From: an uncultured virus (IMG/VR IMGVR_UViG_3300025122_005623)
Taxonomy: Duplodnaviria > Heunggongvirae > Uroviricota > Caudoviricetes
Virus record (IMG/VR): IMGVR_UViG_3300025122_005623
DNA length: 64,000 bases
Strand: one strand, 5' to 3'
The notes below the pieces were generated by a model. That model did not search any database. It saw only the letters and a program-made list of their open reading frames with translations, and was not told the origin of the DNA. Below are positions 60,501 through 64,000 of the stretch, piece by piece (positions within the stretch are counted from its first letter, which is position 1; the number at the start of each line of letters is the position of its first letter). The position numbers and the translations under genes are program-made.

Positions 60501-60563
60501 CTCAGACTTGTTGACGAGAGACTTTTGAAGTTCTATATTTTTAAATAAATCTTTTAAGCTCAT
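48534..60563 (-). CDS. Giant (4009 aa) baseplate/adhesin protein with multiple LamG (ConA-like) domains
   Basis: Several LamG signatures (FSISAWV, WTHVVCTF, IYLNG, WDGYIDEVSIWN.AL). IYKSKGT..S.RNLIRCFG resembles baseplate wedge proteins. Located downstream of the gp6-like gene. Confidence 0.8.
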   Translation of the reverse strand: MSLKDLFKNIELQKSLVNKSENEIASEVESVDYHRADIKNEKRFIPAVDYSQPKNFARYGSAKKYYTDAITNIYKTYPYDGSLYERIDWQNSSSFVDLYILENEYPRSTGYINFSYGGWGAQTSIDDGYGLPAELEYINIKGGPGLGGGPQSAGANIWNTSQNRESNLKLDVSGGVSLEFWLKKDAFDTDNTKKEVIFDLWNNEETGSGTYGRFRLELTASGHGDEGSNPFMLTLMSGTTGFQSRPVGANTITTASVADESWTHYAVTLKNTDTVNKSIFFDAAGENRINIGDWSDLIGGATTNARPFTAAAWVYLEEDTTETTPAIFNFSYYRNLLYNVSAEKFAFSVRLGGTITTLYTANTFPPGRWYYVAISYSGGSTYGDGNGTMEIYVNGVNETSTPTATTSVADIGATAYIGGYQITGDAFWDGYIGDVAIWNIVLTPTQIRTLYKRGSMNNLLAASTPAGLLSWWKMGNDPDDSFDGTDTPSATNNIVDQKGGMDGYSDSIITAMAASQIQSYSPSNNAVRVRFYADGDLNDTLDVGISTLTGSVGEIGGAKVATIGALVTSPSGSDGAQYAGKLSASLDEFRYWKTQRTSKDIGRYWFTQVGGGTNTDTANTNLGVYYKFNEGITGIASTDLTILDYSGRVTNGAWTRGATYYTGIRNTGSAIVSSSAATKEFRDPIIYSSNPNVAATQARLEASGSDYDITNNASMFNMFPSWMQEEDAERGSGLENLAQIMASYFDSLHLQIESINRLKDVAYVSGSNKPNVFANRLLEGRGLLSPELFLDADVLEQLADRSEDRLYDKSLTDIKNIIYKNIYNNLIHIYKSKGTLKSFRNLIRCFGIGEEIIKINMYGDNVEYQFRDNRTLKSVRKKFIDFNNIDRFTGTVYQQTSSLNTNTVGYISGAFELTGGYAQTIEAEIIFPKKLPLTHPDANTQEYQALDASLFGIHSASTDDEGDPTWGVDDAPNFQVYCTRNTSLSKAAKFKLSSSQHAGGVIPLLTSSYYSEVYDNSKWTFAVKIKPSKYPTADYITYSTNPNDYIVEFFGIQTDAGVTLNQFSLTGTISAPPAAFVTGSKRLYAGAHRQNFTGSVLTATDIKIGALRYWLDYLEDDIIVAHAKDVENYGRAHPLQNSYVYQHSASLGPGGNFGVSQIETLALNWDFEQVTGSSASGEFEVADYSSGSSPATRYGFLGPTLELRHPGRGLGFPTSSLKIVDTNFIPSAQLNLPENLYSEDTIKVLNTADESLFVQDSRPINFFFAFEKSMYQAISEEMLKMFSTIIDFNNIVGAPINRYRPHYKDLNKLRQLFFQNIENEPDLDKYIEFYKWFDSSLTQMLVQLIPASTAFSDKINLMIESHILERNKYDHKFPTLEMEAGDPLGTVQSILPLSPGWENTHHPVSNKQDQNANWWKELAERNSLSTFATQLSSSDAGVNFSRTRILNVTKETRNRKKTTHYRDKFRLSKVIYCGTNYHRNKKIGFVYTSTTPAGALIPGTNLPQNIMLAFGKDVDQTIDSIDDLGLHKKKRIDFTLDAQVNKGDNPSLVGHGNTLSPFSLYKITSSLPEWNASVNTGYNAVIAEGFTGSVLLTNLHADTYGHDMETPLQSPFTEKFVGGRQVRHIALNASGSRNPAFSGLDSADDRAEGYKILTGIDLTRSPIASVGALGLVSPDYPDPGSPAVSPPYLFNRPRAIYLRDELAKRPINIKNILMTGAVPQVRLSGTIMHSKIGNYIKNYQVVQTAGRSINDPFFQDQSFSFAQYPETLATRGRGVLAPPLVHSIEFADSTNAIDISNGATDGTPWDNRIGGAGAAAKAFGFSAWFYATGDGGLNYGRIINLSLIDRQLGWQGSTNTLRFYINGSTAGRVDSSTLNLNQWYHVVATYPGDTDGAPSIYINGVLDNNSQVAADAPVAIDGAISYIGNNSNLNQGFEGHLCDVAIWTKELSQADATEIYNNGRRWNLRSATISNHLLSWWQLGDNIRDGIYTAIQDEVPFQGGVPGNFLAGAIQKVSPPFVGALTNNLSGNLSYEIPERIGSNSNQTVIVNRFGAPGGYEVASLGYMDPAHEEKSVYNAHPFRNLSVRGPAGLNIDPNDEENRELDWIPWVWTEDQSGHWRALQALLTTHCGPYGSDPVFRPGINTGSLSAPAGGPLPNLEAVDALYGRLDLNENSCEPAYHKVNRNRRRRLELSGNFTGSSGFPLITGSRYDNWYVQHPIPQADRQYAWITASLDPGSSWFGYDEKEYYRYYPNTASVQFDGVGDYIDIGTPATWDALIGGAGSAAKPFSISAWVNPLDAGEAGFGRVVEMGTGDIRIRYTNDKLIQFQRAGSPAANYVKTADDTVPLSTWTHVVCTFDGALDAGGGAGDSYGRMKIYLNGADATVLGSTGASSPDNIDTYNSLIGNRAGTLSRCWDGYIDEVSIWNEALSAKQITRLYNNAGAHDLKRMDSNNLISWWRMGDGRRWGSQYGEIDGTNNLFFDQIGDRNGTRNSLDVAITPTSIAGSRYEVTAYYPMSDATISGSEWGSYVNSNSNFEWTWGGTPAIMANHAYAVSGSHVPTDFVGINFNLKDPVSCTTNILGFASTVPLWGQETGLANRTATQYANRNLDTPTLADERSQGMITNTSNPVGQSTANPGTTVNSFGAAAAYMFNALMLHRNGPYQYPSWKQVRTGEGPVARFHKKQNILSIRDGTYGAHTQAWTIWQNPRPKLVNTFKNYIEPCVASEHHPLEHIFVSLNKYDTKEGKQVSKKQVRKYISSFGNKIEYLSNLGQIWPQFGLKYDTDRGDLYFNRMNSLFVKAKAGIHTPFLKMLRCAANYKQRVYPAAYNAYLNRTRTRENYTIANIWNDARAARTVIDEEVMSWLPTVGEPVARTNPDASIWPLDAPTLFATSASALDTPYNGAGELQNNFTRYGVEVFMDGAGLVFQDLANLLTASTAIYNVPIPVGETSTGMPCMGGFAEWTAGTQANKRPYATYSEYCKNLRLIGKDYSIVPEFRISEKMDFYINEKGGDFLAPTTYFELTGGSISNEDETYSLCGVESDFFKTYMNSDFLKLFSIVDEKYDNKVLINDDILKRDVIALECTALLKFLPYKGFYPAERTVELSRLFSSSYAPYIEQGANIGYYSYNYSQDSAIGHRPLLDPLFGPGILFNTIKSGIAVDNYVIFNTLDNKSGLGWQYPWASCAASSVGTGTQLPEGMIQFPSASLLSMSAYPDDTYARGTQHPNPQSSPTNYETAQYGVQRIPFEALLRPRNYLSERAISGSWIIDQPGIQTGSLFWNSSASYAGAAQYLHSHRVRWTGGGSKLYELAADNFACETVNFFQKGLTSFASSIQDEFNDDFQMDKTYALRLNLYRTLDPVAGNHASNNSGMALTSSFTMYNRKSAFGMPCVLDQSQGIAKSGGPIHSASYAHVTPPYFDGSGSCTIIFTPDRNGQQQISDIWDNSIFVYDRALNRNATPDAMGTWFAMQLSSSFNLKRSVLGPSPLGNFATSPRWLIQTKFETPVLNFAGVETSVPFPPYSRGSGLPEYPEAYVYTRSDATLNNEVSIPIYNPDLDPAVFTSSSDVIWTRFVFEGTGGADTINGYGKSNLLQLTGSGGTNMNHLRNVINKVLFEGDGTNSMYAPVLLNLARRTDAGTNYYVHLTHSYNDITMPSAYPGQLSALTFQPYGWTGWQPSGGGAGAGDNFSIATSGMWHQYGAVPVGAEGLFAEITVPHVVTYSADDGTPVTVRAPEDLATRLGFEVGVPQRVGEVKSGGKLEEAVVALPFILCADGRRKFFELSRKQVELILDLNKADRLSFPDAIGLSTKVSETVKQQIAMMKKYVFPPRFDFVMNPEMAPIAMYIFEFSMEMDQIDYVDMWQNLPPGHQGSDSFSSKIEKKVSQIKHKLLARELLGRSEVNEDLQWVVFKVKKRAENNYNDFARKESTIYKGQISKGGTRVVDTRVIDPEPTLAYSYNWPYDYFSLVELVKVDTGIQYNSHTKPDSTVQITNEELNVNIVNPLLPVKSDE

Positions 60564-62140
60564 TCTTCCACTCTAAACTTAAAGGCCTGTGGTTGCTCGG
60601 CCCAATCTCCTATAGAATCATTGTAATAGCTTAATCCAATTTGATAAGAATAACCCGCCTCTAACGTGGCCATATCCAAATCAAAATAATTTCCTGATAC
60701 ATCATAAGACAAATAAGTGCTTTTGCTACTACCAGTTCCATAAGATACTACTTCTAAATCATCTGTTACTCGAATTATTTTATATGAGGCACTCTGCAAA
60801 GTAAGATTTGGGGGATTTGCATTCGCTACGACATATATGGTAGGGCTCCAATCCTTGTTCCGAATAAATAATCTAAAACGAGAAATTTCTTTACGAGTAT
60901 AGGCTGCCTTCAGATTAGTAATTGATGTCATATATTCGAATGTGGGAGCATTATCATAAGCTACTAGCGTTTTGGGCGCCACTGTTCCTGTAAAGAATTG
61001 AGTCAAGTCAGGAGTGCCAAAGGTCCCCGTATGCCAAACATCAAAAATTCTAGCGAGGGGAGTGGCCGCCGCCGTAATAGCAACAGAAGCAGAATAAATT
61101 CCTGCTGAAACATATCCCCCCGTAACTGACTGGTTTCCGTTATGCAAAATTAATTTTGCTCCGGATGGGGCCGTATTTGCCAAAGAGCCAGAATAGAGAC
61201 TCACCATTACAGATCCTGTGGTACCCACCTCTGGAATATTTGTTAGTTTTCCTCGAACGTAATTGTATAAATATAGTGTATTTAAGTTGTCGGGGCCCGT
61301 TGCTAAGGAACTGCTATAATAAAAGCTACCACGATCGTCAGTTTTTCTCGAGTCCCAGCGCGCTTCGAGCACGGGCCGTTTGAAAAAATACTCCGAGCTC
61401 CGCGAAAAAAACTTTTTAGTAAAATAAGTATCTTTTGCTCCTACGGTATTTTGCAAGACTCCATCAGACGTGTCTTGGCCCGTAGAGCTAGAATAATAGG
61501 CTTCTTGGCTCGCAGTCAAATGGATTCCTAATCCATAATTATCATATTTTCCACCGGAGGATCCTAAAATCCAATCTTCCACAACGGCACTAATATTCAA
61601 TTCTATATTTTCATATCCATCATCAAAAAATACCTTATAGGTGGAAATCCCGGAGCCAGTTAAATAATCTCCTCCGGCTGCTGTCCACGTACCAATTCCT
61701 GCTGGTGAAGTACCAGAAGCATTCATCCAATTCGAGCCGCTCCCGTTGTACGTAACGTCCTTATATTCTTCCATATCAAGTCCGACGCCCTCTTCCCATG
61801 ATTGTGAAACGGGTACTATATCCAAGTAAAATCTTCGAGGTAGCGTAAAGGCGGTGCGAGCATTATACATTCTAAGATACCAATCCACGCTTCCACTCGC
61901 TGGGATTGTACCGGCTGTACGATCGGTAATTACTGAATCTACCGGGAATCTTATTAAGATGCGCGAAAGCTCCTGAGAAAGCCCGCTAGACCCTGACGCT
62001 TCACCGTAGATGGAAAAGACTTCTAATACGTCTGCGGCGCCCATATTAGATCCGGTTCCTCTTTGTGTGTCTAAAAGAGAAGATCTATACGCATTTGTAA
62101 TCGTATTATCAGTAGTGGCTGTATACCTCTTAATTGCCAT
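60560..62140 (-). CDS. Virion protein with a DNRLRE-like carbohydrate-binding N-terminal domain
   Basis: DNTI, NMG...LEV, SRILIRF, SWEEG, W...GGDY, NYGL, FFSR..E...RPVLE pattern. Confidence 0.55.
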   Translation of the reverse strand: MAIKRYTATTDNTITNAYRSSLLDTQRGTGSNMGAADVLEVFSIYGEASGSSGLSQELSRILIRFPVDSVITDRTAGTIPASGSVDWYLRMYNARTAFTLPRRFYLDIVPVSQSWEEGVGLDMEEYKDVTYNGSGSNWMNASGTSPAGIGTWTAAGGDYLTGSGISTYKVFFDDGYENIELNISAVVEDWILGSSGGKYDNYGLGIHLTASQEAYYSSSTGQDTSDGVLQNTVGAKDTYFTKKFFSRSSEYFFKRPVLEARWDSRKTDDRGSFYYSSSLATGPDNLNTLYLYNYVRGKLTNIPEVGTTGSVMVSLYSGSLANTAPSGAKLILHNGNQSVTGGYVSAGIYSASVAITAAATPLARIFDVWHTGTFGTPDLTQFFTGTVAPKTLVAYDNAPTFEYMTSITNLKAAYTRKEISRFRLFIRNKDWSPTIYVVANANPPNLTLQSASYKIIRVTDDLEVVSYGTGSSKSTYLSYDVSGNYFDLDMATLEAGYSYQIGLSYYNDSIGDWAEQPQAFKFRVEE

Positions 62141-63945
62141 TAAACTACACTTCCTTGAATGTCTCTATTAGGAAATTTAATTTCAAATACCGTATCCCTA
62201 TCAGCAGTTACATAACGGCCATCATTTGATAAATGCTCCTCAAAGTCAAAAGATGTCCTAGAATATGCACCGCCCGTAGTTTTGGCTACAAACTGAACAT
62301 CTAGAACATCAACCACATTGGGTACTTTTTGCAATTCTTTATAAATATCAGTCACAAAAATTGCCTCTCCTATATCAAAGGTATTATTAGTAAAATAATT
62401 TTTCAAGCTCAGGGTTGCAGCCTCCAAGGCATTAAATTTGTTTTCACTATAATCTGTAACAATCTTAAAATCAATTCCAAAATTCACTATGCGCGCATTC
62501 AAAATATCTATAGTATCATTAATAATTTTGTAGTTAGCTAGCCATGTTCTTAAATTGTTTTTAAGAGTGGTGTTGGTCTCCACTAAAACGCCAGTTGTGT
62601 CTTCGGAAATTACATATAAATTTAAATTACGTTTAAATGAATCAAAATCCCTTTCAATGGTGCAACGCTTCACCGCGCCGAAGCTCGGGGGCATAGCATA
62701 TACAATTGCTTTATAATCTTGAACCGTTACGGCTCTATTTTGAGCTGCATAAAAACTAAAAACTCGTTGTTTGATCTCATCTGCTGATGGAAGTTCAATA
62801 TCGCCCAATATGGGTTCTACATTATTAACCTCTAGTGAATTATTTACTATATTTTGGAGTGACGGATTCAAAGAGTTCTGGGCCTCGAACTCTAAAATGG
62901 GAAAACTTACATTTTTCAAAGTATTCGAGGCTATATTAGCGTCTCCCGCATCATTAACCCGATAAAGAATAGTCAGCACTGTATTAGAGGGCGCCACACC
63001 AAACTTATCGGTAGCGGTTAGATTGGTGGGATCAAACTCTTGCTGTGTATAGTAATCGCGCCCGTGACGCTTTAACGTAATAGCGCTAGGATCTACAATC
63101 GATTGATTGGTTAATTCCGAATCGCTCCCGTATCCAAACTGTAGAAACGCTCTATCCCGTGTCTTTTCAAGCACAAATCGACGTGGGACCGGGAGTGCTT
63201 TCAAAATAGACGGTACTACTGCTTTGTCTGAATTATTATTCCGAATCGCTTTAAAAACTATCTCTTGTGCCAAATGATCTACTTCAAAATATTCGTGCCC
63301 TTCGCTGTCGGTAACCGATACAATTTCTGTAACTGCCGGATTTGCGATATCAAGCGTGAGAAATTTTTCAAAATCCTCTATCGTTTCGGTTTGAATTTCG
63401 GTTTTTCCAGATATTACGGTCCCGGTTGCCTTAACAGCAAATTCGGTAGGTACCCCTGTCGTAGAATTAACTTTAGATACTATGACTTCGTTGTTATCGG
63501 CCCCAAAATAAATATCGTCAGTCAATGTAAATAACTGTCCGCTGAGGGAAGTAAATTGACTTCCCGCGCGCAATGTAGGAAAATAGTTAGAATCTGGTAC
63601 TCCAGCACCATCGGCGGGGATCGAAACATAAAATTGTACAAGCCCAGACGAAGAGTTAGAATCGCGATATTTATATCCTAGCTGTCTTGCGATACGTACA
63701 ACATTATCATATTCCAGAGAAGTATCTAAAAAGGATTCATTAACTTGATAATCAAGATAAAAAGAAAGTATATCTCCAATATATGCCACCGAATCTATCA
63801 TCATTGCGCCGAATCCGGCTTCATTAAAATCTTGAAAGCTATCAGCATAATAACGCTTGGCGTAATTCACAAGCTCTAATTTGATTGAATCAAAGTCGCG
63901 ACTGGTATAATTTATTGCTGTTAATTTCTTTTTAGATTTAGCCAT
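62140..63945 (-). CDS. Baseplate wedge subunit (T4 gp6-like)
   Basis: INYTSRDFDSIK, DFNE, YLDYQVNESFLD, LQFGYG, AQNRAVTVQDY. Confidence 0.9.
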   Translation of the reverse strand: MAKSKKKLTAINYTSRDFDSIKLELVNYAKRYYADSFQDFNEAGFGAMMIDSVAYIGDILSFYLDYQVNESFLDTSLEYDNVVRIARQLGYKYRDSNSSSGLVQFYVSIPADGAGVPDSNYFPTLRAGSQFTSLSGQLFTLTDDIYFGADNNEVIVSKVNSTTGVPTEFAVKATGTVISGKTEIQTETIEDFEKFLTLDIANPAVTEIVSVTDSEGHEYFEVDHLAQEIVFKAIRNNNSDKAVVPSILKALPVPRRFVLEKTRDRAFLQFGYGSDSELTNQSIVDPSAITLKRHGRDYYTQQEFDPTNLTATDKFGVAPSNTVLTILYRVNDAGDANIASNTLKNVSFPILEFEAQNSLNPSLQNIVNNSLEVNNVEPILGDIELPSADEIKQRVFSFYAAQNRAVTVQDYKAIVYAMPPSFGAVKRCTIERDFDSFKRNLNLYVISEDTTGVLVETNTTLKNNLRTWLANYKIINDTIDILNARIVNFGIDFKIVTDYSENKFNALEAATLSLKNYFTNNTFDIGEAIFVTDIYKELQKVPNVVDVLDVQFVAKTTGGAYSRTSFDFEEHLSNDGRYVTADRDTVFEIKFPNRDIQGSVV

Positions 63946-64000
63946 TGATTTTTATCCTTCTATTAAAGCGTGTTTGCGCTACTTCCTATTGTAAGCTGTT

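Noticed and set aside
445..63534. Numerous plus-strand ORFs and short alternative-frame minus-strand ORFs in the ORF track
   Set aside because: They lie within long minus-strand genes with clear phage motifs, and translate as antisense or shadow sequences with no recognisable domains.
1..64000. Genome-wide stop-codon reassignment, as in some large phages
   Set aside because: Standard code gives full-length genes at high density, and TAG, TGA and TAA all end genes at boundaries that abut the next start.
63963..64000. 3' end of an upstream gene (gp25-like by position)
   Set aside because: Only about 12 codons are visible, so no product can be supported.
1..64000. tRNA, rRNA or tmRNA genes
   Set aside because: Intergenic gaps are short and none showed a cloverleaf or T-loop pattern on inspection.

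Overview
This window is a 64 kb slice of a large, probably uncultured, T4-superfamily-like myophage genome. All credible genes are on the minus strand and form the virion morphogenesis region. In transcription order (right to left): a gp6-like baseplate wedge protein, a DNRLRE-like protein, a 4009-aa multi-LamG baseplate/adhesin protein and six more large baseplate/fibre-associated proteins; an embedded DNA-processing block (RuvC-like resolvase, primase, single-chain Mre11-Rad50/SbcDC fusion); a three-gene membrane/lysis-like cassette and a C1q-domain protein; terminase and portal; putative internal head proteins, prohead protease and a ParB/Srx-like protein; a phage-encoded ribosomal protein bS21; a cluster of Gly/Ser-rich fibre genes; scaffold, major capsid, neck, sheath, tube and a tube paralog; a gp26/gp51-like pair; and the 5' part of a probable tape-measure gene. 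Signals not explained by the gene list: (i) a U7 run that could join the gp26-like and gp51-like ORFs by a +1/-2 frameshift; (ii) a recurrent intergenic motif (A)CTAWTTA, a candidate late promoter; (iii) a fibre-region gene bracketed by a duplicated half-terminator/promoter block, plus an in-frame relic C-terminus behind the neighbouring gene; (iv) three paralogous LamG cassettes inserted into the giant protein, one nested inside another LamG; (v) an [S/T]-[G/A/S]-S motif enriched in predicted exterior virion proteins; (vi) a 16-aa Cys-Cys micro-ORF with a strong RBS. All product calls come from motifs recognised by eye and from gene order; no database searches were run.
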